Shown: in pieces, positions 9,951-19,615 of the stretch | Layout of the letters: every line of letters begins with the position of its first letter | Numbering within the stretch: the first letter of the stretch is position 1 | Assembly (NCBI GenBank): GCA_024650005.2 | Contig: CP122380.1 | Location: 1,952,001 to 2,016,000 of the forward strand | Length of the DNA: 64,000 nt | Reading direction: 5' to 3' | From: Candidatus Bathyarchaeum tardum | GTDB taxonomy: Archaea; Thermoproteota; Bathyarchaeia; Bathyarchaeales; Bathyarchaeaceae | Program-made: the position numbers and the translations under genes | Notes under the pieces: generated by a model | Seen by the model: only the letters and a program-made list of their open reading frames with translations | Database searches by the model: none | Told to the model about the DNA's origin: nothing

Positions 9951-10125
9951 TTAAGATGCTCTACAATGTTGAATAGTTTTCTGAAGAAGCAAAGCATAGA
10001 TATTATGCACTGGAAAAAAATAGTTAATTTTTATCATTTTGAAGTTATGGCAATTAACTAAAAATTTTTTGTCTATCTTATTTTTATTTCCGTTGTCTTT
10101 AAGTACATTATCTCTTTAAGGACGG

Positions 10126-11859
10126 ATGAGTCTAAGAAAACTAGTGGAAGTGTATGTGTTGACTAAAATTTTGGTTACTTCTGCATGGCCGTATATCAAT
10201 TATGTTCCACACCTAGGAAACATTGTTAGTTCGATTCTTTCTGCCGACGTTGTTGCTCGTTATTATCGACTAAAAGGAGAAGAGGTCGTTTACGTAACAG
10301 GTTCAGACGAACATGGAACCCCTATCGAAATCGAGGCAGTCCGTCTTAATATTCCTCCAAAACAATTGACTGATAGAAACCACGCCCAAGTATCTGACCT
10401 TTTCAAACGATGGGGAATAGCCTTCAGCAACTATACTCGCACAGAAAACCCTGTTCATAAACAGTTTGTTCATGACTTTTTGTTAAAAATTTATGAGAAC
10501 GGATATATTTTCACCCAAGAAACTGAACAGCTCTACTGTCCAAAATGTGACCGCTTCTTACCTGACAGGTTCGTTGAAGGGACATGTCCACAATGTAAAG
10601 ATACGGGTGCACGAGGAGACCAGTGCGATGCTTGTGGTATCCTTCTTGAGCCTACTAATCTTTTGGAGCCTCGTTGCGCAATCTGTAATGAGACCCCGGT
10701 TGTTCAAACAAGAAAGCACTGGTATTTTGATTTGCCAAAGTTGAGTGAAAAACTTCAAGATTACATTGAGGGCAACCAGAATTTGCCAGATAATGCTCGA
10801 AACTTTACTTTGAATCTTTTGAAAAGCGGACTAAAGCCTCGACCAGTTACCCGAGATAACAAATGGGGAATTGCTTCACCATTTCCGGGTTCTAAAGGTA
10901 AAACAATCTATGTGTGGGTTGAAGCGGTTTTGGGTTATTTGTCTGCTACTATTCAATACTTCAAGAATCTGGGACAGGAAGAAAAATGGAAAGAATACTG
11001 GTTTGACAAACAAACCAAAACAATTTACTTCATTGGAAAAGACAACATCCCGTTCCACACAGTTATTTTGCCTGCTTTGTTGCTTGCCACTCATGAATCA
11101 TATAATCTGCCTTGGACGGTTCATTCCACAGAGTTTTTGATGTTTGACGGTCAAGCCTTTTCTAAAAGCCGCAGAATCGGAGTTTGGATTGATGAAGCTT
11201 TGGAACTGTTTCCTGCAGATTACTGGAGATACTCCTTGCTGGCCATACGTCCCGAAGTAAAAGACACAAACTTTTCGTGGACAACTCTTATCGAAAAAGT
11301 GAACTCAGACCTAAACGACACCTTCGGGAACTTTGTTCACAGAACATTAACGTTCATAAACAAACGATTCGATGCCACAATTCCAGAGCCAAATAATCTT
11401 GATGAAAAAGACAAAGCAGCCCTGAATGAAGCAAAGGATATAATTAGAACCATTGCAGATCGGTTGGAAACTTTCAAACTTCAAGAGGCCCTGCGTCAGG
11501 CAATTAGTCTTGCTCATTTAGGAAACAGATACTTTAATGATAAAGAGCCTTGGAAGACCATCAAAACAGAGCCCCAACAAGCTTGCAATACAATGTATGT
11601 TGCTGTTCAAATCGTGAAACAGTTGGCGATAATTATGGCACCCTTTATTCCCTTTACTTCACAGAAAATATGGCAGTTGCTTAATTTAGATGGCTCAGTA
11701 CATGAACAAAACTGGAACCAAGCAGAACAAAAACTGCCTGCAGGTCACAAGATAAGCAACCCTACATTGTTGTTCAGCAAAATTGAAGAAAACGAAGAAG
11801 AGCTTCAAGCCAGAGTAGAGCAAGTAAGAGCCAAACTAAAAAAATCAAAAACACAATAG
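10126..11859 (+). CDS. metG: Methionyl-tRNA synthetase lacking the C-terminal dimerisation domain; true start probably 10156-10159
   Basis: TSAWPYIN, HLGN, GSDEHG, Zn knuckles, GKDNIPFH, FSKS. Confidence 0.97.
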   Translation: MSLRKLVEVYVLTKILVTSAWPYINYVPHLGNIVSSILSADVVARYYRLKGEEVVYVTGSDEHGTPIEIEAVRLNIPPKQLTDRNHAQVSDLFKRWGIAFSNYTRTENPVHKQFVHDFLLKIYENGYIFTQETEQLYCPKCDRFLPDRFVEGTCPQCKDTGARGDQCDACGILLEPTNLLEPRCAICNETPVVQTRKHWYFDLPKLSEKLQDYIEGNQNLPDNARNFTLNLLKSGLKPRPVTRDNKWGIASPFPGSKGKTIYVWVEAVLGYLSATIQYFKNLGQEEKWKEYWFDKQTKTIYFIGKDNIPFHTVILPALLLATHESYNLPWTVHSTEFLMFDGQAFSKSRRIGVWIDEALELFPADYWRYSLLAIRPEVKDTNFSWTTLIEKVNSDLNDTFGNFVHRTLTFINKRFDATIPEPNNLDEKDKAALNEAKDIIRTIADRLETFKLQEALRQAISLAHLGNRYFNDKEPWKTIKTEPQQACNTMYVAVQIVKQLAIIMAPFIPFTSQKIWQLLNLDGSVHEQNWNQAEQKLPAGHKISNPTLLFSKIEENEEELQARVEQVRAKLKKSKTQ

Positions 11860-11881
11860 AACCATCAACGAAGGGAAATCT

Positions 11882-12517
11882 TTGGGATTAAAAATCGATT
11901 TTCACGTTCATACATGTTATTCCAAAGATTCATCTATAACCCTTGAGCAGGTTGTTTCCTTCGCGAAAAAACGTGGACTAGACGGGGTTGCAATAACAGA
12001 CCATAACAGTGTTGAAGGAGCACTTAAACTAAAAACTAAAGAAATTATTGTTATCCCCGGAATAGAGGTCTCCACATTACAAGGACATCTTCTGGGGATT
12101 AACCTGACAACACCAATTCCAGCAAAATTAAGCATGGAAGAAACAATACAACAGATTCACGAAGCTGGAGGAATAGCAGTGGCTGCTCATCCTACTGCGT
12201 TTTACAAATCTCCTGCAACAAGAAAGGTGACAAGCTATGATGCAGTTGAAGTCATGAACGCTGCCTCTATTCCATTTTCTGTTTTGACTCATTACAGCAG
12301 AAAATTTGCAGAACAACTGAATCTTCCCCAAACTGGAGGAAGCGATTCGCATTATGCCCCAGAAATTGGTTCAGCATACACAGTTGTTGACGCAGATCCC
12401 AACATTGACGAAATTGCAAAGGCAGTAATTCGCGGAGCCACATCTCCGAGGGGAAAAGGGATACCGTTCAAAATTAGGGTAAAAAGGTCAATTTCAAAAT
12501 TCAAAAGAAAAATGTAG
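11882..12517 (+). CDS. PHP-domain metallophosphoesterase
   Basis: DFHVHT, AITDHN, GIEVST, AAHP, GGSDSH. Confidence 0.9.
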   Translation: MGLKIDFHVHTCYSKDSSITLEQVVSFAKKRGLDGVAITDHNSVEGALKLKTKEIIVIPGIEVSTLQGHLLGINLTTPIPAKLSMEETIQQIHEAGGIAVAAHPTAFYKSPATRKVTSYDAVEVMNAASIPFSVLTHYSRKFAEQLNLPQTGGSDSHYAPEIGSAYTVVDADPNIDEIAKAVIRGATSPRGKGIPFKIRVKRSISKFKRKM

Positions 12518-12530
12518 GAAATAGAAGAGT

Positions 12531-12722
12531 TTATTCTTCTAATTCTTCGATTTGGTCTAGACCAAAATCAACATAAACAATTGGTCCAGCGTCAGAGAAG
12601 CACTCAATGTTAGTTAGGTCTAGTTTGGGAAATGAAGGACAGATATCTAATGATTCCATTGCCATTTTAGTGAGATCGCTTGGGCGTTCAAGTTTTTCGA
12701 GTTTTTCTAGGTTTCTAACCAT
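12531..12722 (-). CDS. Small acidic hypothetical protein coupled to the RHH gene
   Basis: Start overlaps the upstream stop (ATGGTTAG); ends VDFGLDQIEELEE. Confidence 0.6.
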   Translation of the reverse strand: MVRNLEKLEKLERPSDLTKMAMESLDICPSFPKLDLTNIECFSDAGPIVYVDFGLDQIEELEE

Positions 12723-12870
12723 TTCGGCTACGCCCCCATGCTTCTATGCTGAGCAAGTCTCTGACAGCTGTGCGTATTGCTTCAGCACGGTTAGGGTAAT
12801 ACTTTTCATCGACTAAGTTGTCTAAGGCTTGGATGTACGGTTCAGGTAAGTGTAGTGTAATTAGTTTCAT
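12715..12870 (-). CDS. CdrS-like CopG/ribbon-helix-helix regulator (not in the ORF track)
   Basis: MKLITLHLPEPYIQALDNLVDEKYYPNRAEAIRTAVRDLLSIEAWGRSRNG (51 aa). Confidence 0.85.
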   Translation of the reverse strand: MKLITLHLPEPYIQALDNLVDEKYYPNRAEAIRTAVRDLLSIEAWGRSRNG

Positions 12871-13127
12871 TTTTTATTCTCTCCACTGTGACAATTATTT
12901 ATGCAGACAGTGGCTGGGACTTATATGTCTTAATGTTAAGATAAAAATATGATACAAACATGAATAGACATCAACTTATAAGATTTTGCATCATTCAGTT
13001 TTGTTTTCATATTACCAACGTGTTAAAAAGCCAATTCAGAAAACCATTAGGTTTTTGGCAATAGGTAAAACCGTATAACTCATATTACTCATTCTGTAAC
13101 GGTTTGATGTAACACGAGCTGAAAGTA

Positions 13128-14414
13128 ATGGGCAAAGAGTCTAAAATGGTTTACATCAAGAGTTTTGGGTGCTCAGCAAATCTTGCAGACGGAGAAGTCA
13201 TAGCAGGATGTCTTTCAGAGGCAGGATTTAGACTAGTTGAGAACATTGCTGACGCAGATTTTGTAGTTTATAACACGTGTGCCGTTAAGTCTCCAACTGA
13301 AAATCGGATTATAAACATGCTAAAAAAAGTTCCAAAAAACAAGAAGTTGATTGTTACTGGTTGTTTGCCAGTGATAAATTTTGAACGCATAGAGTCAGAG
13401 ATCAAATTTGATGCCATAACAGGTCCAGCTCCAGGAGAAAAAATTGTTGATGTGTTAGAGAGAGTAAAATCTGGAGAAAAAGTAGTTTCAGTAGATAACA
13501 ATTCAGAGTCAGGTTTAGAACTCCCAAGGGTTGCCGTAAATCCTGTTGTTAGCGTAATTCCAATTAATTACGGTTGTCTGGGCAATTGTTCATATTGTTG
13601 TGTTCATTTCGCTAGAGGTCAACTAAGGAGCAACTCTGTTGAGGGCATTGTCAATAGAGTGAATCAAGATTTGTGTTCAGGGGCGAAGGAGTTTTGGTTA
13701 ACATCTCAAGATACTGCATGTTACGGAAATGACAAAAAAACAAATCTTGCAAATTTACTCAAAAAAATAGGAGATATAGAAGGAAATTTTTTGGTCCGAG
13801 TAGGGATGATGAATCCAGATCATGTTTTGGGAATGCTTGACGAACTTGTTGAAGCATATGATTGTGATAAAATTTTCAAGTTCTTGCATTTGCCAGTTCA
13901 GAGCGGGGACGATAAAGTTCTTGGTTTAATGAATCGAAGATACACTGTTAATGAGTTTCAAACTGTTGTAGAAACATTTCGAAAAAAGTTTCCACAGTTA
14001 ACCCTTGCAACGGATGTCATCTGTGGTTTTCCAGGCGAAACAAAAGAAGCTTTTGAAAACACAAAACTCTTGATAACTAAGATTAGCCCTGATGTGGTGA
14101 ATGTTTCCAAGTTTTTTGCACGTCCTCACACTCCGGCAGAAAAAATGCATCCTATTGCACCAGAAGAGGTTAATCGCCGAAGCAAACAAATGTCATTACT
14201 TGCTAGGCATGTTTCGTTTGATCAAAACAAGAATTGGAAAGGCTGGACAGGAAAAGTTTTGATTAATGAAAAAGGAAAAAATGACTCTTGGATAAGCCGC
14301 AATTTTGCGTACAAACCCATTGTGATAAAATCAGTTGAAAACATGCTAGGAAAATTTGTTCAGGTTAAGGTTGTGAAGGCATTTTCTACATATCTTGAAG
14401 CTGAAATAACTTAA
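13128..14414 (+). CDS. tRNA t6A37 methylthiotransferase (archaeal e-MtaB/CDKAL1-like radical SAM)
   Basis: SFGCSAN, NTCAVK, TGCL, GCLGNCSYC, HLPVQSG, C-terminal TRAM. Confidence 0.9.
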   Translation: MGKESKMVYIKSFGCSANLADGEVIAGCLSEAGFRLVENIADADFVVYNTCAVKSPTENRIINMLKKVPKNKKLIVTGCLPVINFERIESEIKFDAITGPAPGEKIVDVLERVKSGEKVVSVDNNSESGLELPRVAVNPVVSVIPINYGCLGNCSYCCVHFARGQLRSNSVEGIVNRVNQDLCSGAKEFWLTSQDTACYGNDKKTNLANLLKKIGDIEGNFLVRVGMMNPDHVLGMLDELVEAYDCDKIFKFLHLPVQSGDDKVLGLMNRRYTVNEFQTVVETFRKKFPQLTLATDVICGFPGETKEAFENTKLLITKISPDVVNVSKFFARPHTPAEKMHPIAPEEVNRRSKQMSLLARHVSFDQNKNWKGWTGKVLINEKGKNDSWISRNFAYKPIVIKSVENMLGKFVQVKVVKAFSTYLEAEIT

Positions 14415-14535
14415 GAATAACAGGGTTTTCAGTTATTTTTCACGTTATTAGGGACGTGTTCTGGAGTTTACTCGATTAAACTTAAATAGCGCCACAAATT
14501 CTCAGAATAGCGTCATCATGTAATTTGTTGACAGA

Positions 14536-14612
14536 GCCGCCGTAGCTCAGTTCGGTAGAGCAACGGGCTGTTAACTCGTAGGTCGAAGGTTCGAGCCCTT
14601 CCGGCGGCGCCA
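14536..14612 (+). tRNA. tRNA-Asn(GTT), CCA encoded
   Basis: GCCGCCG/CGGCGGC acceptor stem, ACGGG-CTGTTAA-CTCGT anticodon arm, TTCGAGC T-loop. Confidence 0.97.
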
Positions 14613-14649
14613 AAAGTCTTGTTATATAAGAAATCACGTTAAACGCGTT

Positions 14650-14790
14650 TTAGATTATCTTCCGCGGTCCAGAGTCTTTTTTTTGCTTTAACTCCAACAA
14701 AGATGGCAGCAGCACAAAAAAAATGAACGCCACTACTAAAACAATCAAAAAAATAAGAAAATATTCAGTGGAACTCAGATTTAGAAACAA
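14650..14790 (-). CDS. Small single-TM protein (46 aa)
   Basis: GGGTGA directly before TTG; MFLNLSSTEYFLIFLIVLVVAFIFFVLLPSLLELKQKKDSGPRKII. Confidence 0.45.
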   Translation of the reverse strand: MFLNLSSTEYFLIFLIVLVVAFIFFVLLPSLLELKQKKDSGPRKII

Positions 14791-14910
14791 TTCACCCTTT
14801 TAATCAATTATTTGTAAATATAATACTTTCTAAATCAAACTTCAATGTTTACGTATATTCATCCGTATTTGGGATAGAAACTCATATGTTTCATGATATT
14901 TATAACGTAA

Positions 14911-15825
14911 ATGGGGCACAATGTGAGAAGATTTGTGTTAAGCTCTGTCCTACCAATTATGATGTGTTTATTGCTTGTGCTTGATTTTTGCGGGCAAACT
15001 AATGCCCAATCAGAACACACAATAGAAATACGAGGGAATACGTGGTCAGACACAACATTCAGAGTGGCCATAATTCCGCAGGAAAACCAATCATGGTGGG
15101 AACCCACGTACCTTGATGCTGCTCTTCACGGGGTCGCCCAGTGGAATGATGCAATTAAAGATTTTTCATCCCAATATCCAGAATTTGGATATTTGTCTAG
15201 AATCACTTTGATTCCAATAGTAACAACTGAAGCAGTTTCAGGGTTTGACATATACATCGGGTGGATTGCTGAATGTGAAATGGAATCAACAATTGGGCAA
15301 ACAAGACTTCTTGCTAATAAGCCATGCACCATAATTAACAGCACGGTTTGCCTTGCAGCAAAAGCACCTAGCGGTCATGTTATGACAGAGATCGACATGC
15401 AAAACATTGTTGTTCATGAATTAGGGCACACTTTTGGTCTAGGTCACTGCAGTTATTCTGAAGATGCCATGTACGCTGTTGTCCAATATCGTGAAACTGT
15501 TAAACCGCTTTCAACCCTTGATTTATATGCTGTTTCTCAAATTTTTGTCTGGATGAACGTCTCCGCACAGTTTAGTTCCTCAAGCCAGTGCCCCGAACAG
15601 TCTACGTTGAGTTTGCCGTCAAACATCGCTTACAGTAATTTTCAAATTGCAGAAGAAAACCTTCCTACATATTATCCCAAAGGTTTCATTGAAAAAGCGT
15701 TGGAACTATTTTTGCGTCCAGAAATTTTGATTGTATTGACAATTGGAGTTATGTTGTTATTGGGTGCAACAGTATTGAGCAAAAAACAAGAAAGTAATCA
15801 TTCAGCTAATGATCAAAAATTATAA
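14911..15825 (+). CDS. Membrane-anchored matrixin-like (metzincin) metalloprotease
   Basis: Signal peptide, HELGHTFGLGH, Met-turn DAMY, C-terminal TM. Confidence 0.88.
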   Translation: MGHNVRRFVLSSVLPIMMCLLLVLDFCGQTNAQSEHTIEIRGNTWSDTTFRVAIIPQENQSWWEPTYLDAALHGVAQWNDAIKDFSSQYPEFGYLSRITLIPIVTTEAVSGFDIYIGWIAECEMESTIGQTRLLANKPCTIINSTVCLAAKAPSGHVMTEIDMQNIVVHELGHTFGLGHCSYSEDAMYAVVQYRETVKPLSTLDLYAVSQIFVWMNVSAQFSSSSQCPEQSTLSLPSNIAYSNFQIAEENLPTYYPKGFIEKALELFLRPEILIVLTIGVMLLLGATVLSKKQESNHSANDQKL

Positions 15826-16044
15826 TTTTGAATGATTAAATAGGTGATGTTTTGAGATTCGACGTTAATTATTGTTGCTAATTTGTTTGTTTTATGATTG
15901 AAAAAGGCAGATTATTGTATGTTTTTACTGCAAAGCAAAAACCTTTAAATATCTGATGTGTTAAGATATCTTATACATATGTCCTGAAACAGACATATTG
16001 TATGGATGTAGAACAAAACTACACAAAAAATGGAAGGATAAAAA

Positions 16045-16416
16045 ATGTTGGAAATATTAATGGCAGGCTCCTTTGCGACGTTAGGAGCATACAGCATATG
16101 GTATTTTTTCAAAGCACAAACATATCACCCATTAAACCTAGATGAACTTGCACTAATGTGGAAAACCCACAAACACAACTCAGGTTGTAACGCATCAAAC
16201 ATTGAAACATTACTACTAAAAAACAACCAAGTAGTCGGCTACAAATGCAGTTGTGGCACAAAATATTATCAAAAACGTCTGATAACTCAAAGAGTCCACA
16301 AATTCACCAAAGACAAACTAATGCCAAAGGTTTCAAGCAGATTCACCAGCATTACTGATTTAACAAACTCCATGAATCAAATTGGCCTAACCGTTTCAAA
16401 CATTAAACAAATTTAA
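16045..16416 (+). CDS. Hypothetical membrane-anchored putative Zn-binding protein
   Basis: N-terminal TM; H..C and CSCG; SD-like GAAGG upstream. Confidence 0.7.
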   Translation: MLEILMAGSFATLGAYSIWYFFKAQTYHPLNLDELALMWKTHKHNSGCNASNIETLLLKNNQVVGYKCSCGTKYYQKRLITQRVHKFTKDKLMPKVSSRFTSITDLTNSMNQIGLTVSNIKQI

Positions 16417-16619
16417 AGTAAAAAACGAAAAGGACCCAATGGAAGTGCAACTGGAAAAAATATCCAAAATTTCACAATCGGAAAACAATGTAAAACACAA
16501 TTTTCCGAATCATGGGAACACCTCCATTTGTCATCTCCTTTTCTAAGTAGCATCGGATAGGAGACGCCGCCAACTGGGCGGGCAGTTTTACTGCTCGTCC
16601 AGTTGGTCAAAATTTTTTA

Positions 16620-17018
16620 TTAACTTAAATTCAATACAACCCCCAAAAAACGGGAACAACAAACATTGTTAAGAGCACCAGGCTCCAGATTCGTCATTTT
16701 ATTAAAATTATAGTCAACAATCAAGTGCCCCCAAGAATGCCCAATAACATAATGTCCAAAACCAAATTCAAACAAAAGCGTTATTGTTACCCAAAACGCT
16801 CCAATAAAAAGTAACTCCGTTAAAGTAGCAGTTGATTTAGTAGCAATAACAAACAAATAAGTTACCGCTAATGTGTAACAAACTGCAACAACAGAACTAA
16901 TCATGTGACCTTTTTGTTCACCAACTTTTGAGGCGTAAACAAAATTTCTGAGTGATCCATTTATGATTGCCAAGACTACAAAAAGTAACCAACGACCAAT
17001 GGAATACAAAAAAAGCAT
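16620..17018 (-). pseudogene. Membrane protein with a 3' frameshift and nonsense codon
   Basis: After DYN a +1 T (16704-16707) hides the frame LIK*RIWSLVLLTMFVVPVFWGLY*, which would supply a last TM helix. Confidence 0.65.
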
Positions 17019-17173
17019 AAATCCATTTCATTGCGTCATGTAATCTAGTTAATCAGTTGAAATAAAAAAGTGAATATAATTTTACTCCAAAACAAGAAAT
17101 AGACAATTTTGCCAGCAAGATCTAGAAGTTAAACTTTTATCACAATAACCTGAACCTAACTTAGTGGTTAAGT

Positions 17174-17875
17174 TTGCTCACGTTTATATTAGCAGAAGCA
17201 GCATTAGAAACAATTCCCAAAAAAATTTGGAACCACCCTTCAGTCGAGCGCCACGGCAAACGTCAAAAAAAAAATTCAGGACAACTTCTGTTAGATAGGT
17301 CTCTTCACCATGCAGCCATGCTCAAGCTTGAAAATAACTTGAAACGGGGGCGCCCAGACATTGCCCATTTTGTTTTGCTTGAAACATTAGGTTCTCCACT
17401 AAATAAGGCAGGTAGTCTTCGAGTTTTTATTCATACATACAATGATTATGTTATCAAGGTTAATCCAGAAACTAGGTTGCCCAAAAACTACAACAGATTT
17501 GTTGGATTAATCGAGCAACTGTTTCAACAAAAAAAAGTCCCTCAAGAAGGAAAAGCCTTACTTGTCTTGGAACAAAAAACGTTGCCTCAACTGGTTGCAG
17601 AAATTAAACCTGATTATATTTTGGGATTTAGCAGGAAAGGGGAACCAAAAACCATTGAAACTGCAGTTTCATGTCTTAGTTCTAAACAGAATCCCGCAGT
17701 TGTTGTGGGCGGGTTTGCTCATGACCATTTTTCCAAGACTACTACACAGCTTATTGATGAAACAGTTTGTGTGGATTCTGAGATGTTGGAAACATGGACA
17801 ATAACATCTAGGTTAATCTATGAATACGAACGTTTCCTTTCGCTACCAACCAAGCGGCTGAACTGTCAAAGATAA
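17174..17875 (+). CDS. nep1: 16S rRNA pseudouridine N1-methyltransferase Nep1/Emg1
   Basis: LLLDRSLHH, RGRPDI, SPLNKAG, RLPKNYNRFVGL, VGGFAH. Confidence 0.93.
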   Translation: MLTFILAEAALETIPKKIWNHPSVERHGKRQKKNSGQLLLDRSLHHAAMLKLENNLKRGRPDIAHFVLLETLGSPLNKAGSLRVFIHTYNDYVIKVNPETRLPKNYNRFVGLIEQLFQQKKVPQEGKALLVLEQKTLPQLVAEIKPDYILGFSRKGEPKTIETAVSCLSSKQNPAVVVGGFAHDHFSKTTTQLIDETVCVDSEMLETWTITSRLIYEYERFLSLPTKRLNCQR

Positions 17876-18312
17876 GTCAGAACATATGTTGCAATTCCGA
17901 AAACTAATGAAATCATCCAAAGCAGCAATGTTGCGTCCATTATTCTTTTTCGCTTGTAGCAACCGGCAATGTTTGATGAGTTAACTGCCCATATTGCAAC
18001 AAGAAATATTCCGAGTATCAGTGCAATTGCTCCGGGAACTGCGTGAATCCAAGTAACTTGTGCTAATGGATCACCAAATTGAGTAAAATAGAAGTCGAAG
18101 TATTCGAAGAAAATTGGCCCCATAACAGAAACAAAAGTCAAAAGATGCAAAATCACTGCAACGCCCATTATCGCCCCGTGGTGTTTCATTTTTCCTTTTC
18201 GTTTGTAGTATAAACTCACGAAGATTATCGCAAGGGTCAGAATCTGTATCAGCAGGTTCAAGTCGGTATGAATGAACCTAGGATGACCTAGTCCAATACT
18301 CAACATAAACAT
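17866..18312 (-). CDS. Four-TM membrane protein (DUF420-like, conserved His)
   Basis: Four hydrophobic segments; KHHG, LHLL, WIHA. Confidence 0.7.
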   Translation of the reverse strand: MFMLSIGLGHPRFIHTDLNLLIQILTLAIIFVSLYYKRKGKMKHHGAIMGVAVILHLLTFVSVMGPIFFEYFDFYFTQFGDPLAQVTWIHAVPGAIALILGIFLVAIWAVNSSNIAGCYKRKRIMDATLLLWMISLVFGIATYVLTYL

Positions 18313-18373
18313 CAGAACTAGTTACAACTTAAAGGCAAATAAAATTTTGCACCCAAATAAAGGCAAGTTAAAC

Positions 18374-18494
18374 AAAAAGAAACGGATTTACTGAGGCCGC
18401 CACACGATTATGAAGGTGAAAAAATGAAAAAACAGAACAAGTGTTTTGTAATTTTCATTTTTGTGTTTAAGCCTTTTCAGTTCCATTTTCTTTT
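18374..18494 (-). ncRNA. Candidate BHB-spliced (circular) RNA precursor, copy A
   Basis: Minus strand: AUGGA-ACUG-AAA-AGGC...GCCU-CAGU-AAA-UCCGU, a canonical 3-4-3 BHB; homologous to 37914-38036. Confidence 0.7.
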
Positions 18495-18697
18495 AGTTTC
18501 GTATTTAAGACATCAATATACTAAAAAAAGGTTTTTCTCAAGAAAATTTGACAAGACCCCTTTGAGTTAAAAAAAATCAGCATTTTTAAAATGGAAGTAA
18601 ACAAAAATTATTATTTGAACTAATCAGGTACTACACCTGTTTATTAGTCCCAAAAGCAATAACAAAAAATTGTGGTCAAATCACAGGAACTACAGCT

Positions 18698-19615
18698 ATG
18701 AGTGAAGTATTGGTTAAAGCTACCAAGCTAACTAAAAAATTTGGTGACCTTGTAGCAGTGGATGCTGTGGATTTCGAAATCTTCAAAGGGGAAAATTTTG
18801 GTTTTCTGGGACCTAACGGTGCAGGCAAAACTACTACCATGAATATGATACAAGGAGTTTCGCCCTTAACTGGTGGAGAATTAACCGTCGCCGGAAAGGA
18901 CATTACCAACGACTCCAGAGAAATAAAATACATGATCGGAGTTGCACCTCAAGAAGACAACTTGGACCCTGACTTTACTGTTTTTGAGAACCTGCTGGTT
19001 TATGCCCGATACTACGATATTCCTCGACAAAAGGCAAAAACCAAAGCCGAAGAGCTCCTTAAGTTCATGCAACTAGAAGAAAAACGGGATGTTATCATGA
19101 CAGCGTTGTCAGGAGGAATGAAACGCAGGCTAATTCTGGCAAGAGCCATGATGAACGACCCCCAAATCTTAATCCTTGATGAGCCAACAACAGGTTTGGA
19201 TCCCCAGGCTCGGCATCTTATTTGGTCTAAAATTAAAGAGTTGCAAAAACAGGGGGTCACTGTTATTCTTACTACCCACTACATGGATGAAGCAGCCCAA
19301 CTATGTGACCGAATCCTCATAATGGACCACGGAAAAATCATAGAAAAGGGCAAACCCGCAGAGCTTGTGGAAAAACATGTGGGTTACGAAGTTTTGGAAA
19401 CTTTGCACAGCGAAGAATCCATGCAATGCTTAAAAGAGGCTTTTCCAGATGCGCGAATTGATATCGTAAACGACAAAATTCAGTTGTTTGCAAACAATCC
19501 CCGAGGAGTTTTATCAGAAACTCTTGAAAAAATTTCCTTCAAGGGCGGAATAATTCGGGACAGTAACCTTGAAGATGTTTTTTTGAAACTAGCAGGAAGG
19601 AGCTTGAAAGACTAA
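18698..19615 (+). CDS. ABC-2 exporter ATPase (NodI/DrrA-like)
   Basis: GPNGAGKTT, LSGGMKRR, ILDEPTTGLD, TTHYMDEA. Confidence 0.93.
   Translation: MSEVLVKATKLTKKFGDLVAVDAVDFEIFKGENFGFLGPNGAGKTTTMNMIQGVSPLTGGELTVAGKDITNDSREIKYMIGVAPQEDNLDPDFTVFENLLVYARYYDIPRQKAKTKAEELLKFMQLEEKRDVIMTALSGGMKRRLILARAMMNDPQILILDEPTTGLDPQARHLIWSKIKELQKQGVTVILTTHYMDEAAQLCDRILIMDHGKIIEKGKPAELVEKHVGYEVLETLHSEESMQCLKEAFPDARIDIVNDKIQLFANNPRGVLSETLEKISFKGGIIRDSNLEDVFLKLAGRSLKD

Noticed and set aside
14536-14700. Prophage or island integrated at tRNA-Asn or tRNA-Met
   Set aside because: No duplicated tRNA 3' end and no integrase were seen in the window.
16565-16610. Integron attC site (AAC...GTT palindrome)
   Set aside because: Too short, no RYYYAAC/GTTRRRY boxes and no unpaired central spacer; copies A and B also lack the R boxes and the unpaired spacer.
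16694-16696. Selenocysteine read-through at the TGA
   Set aside because: It appears to replace a Gly codon and sits next to a frameshift; ordinary decay is simpler.
18424-18570. Plus-strand peptide ORFs starting at the SD-ATG inside the BHB elements
   Set aside because: Reading frame is not conserved between copies A and B (4-nt length difference in the apical loop).
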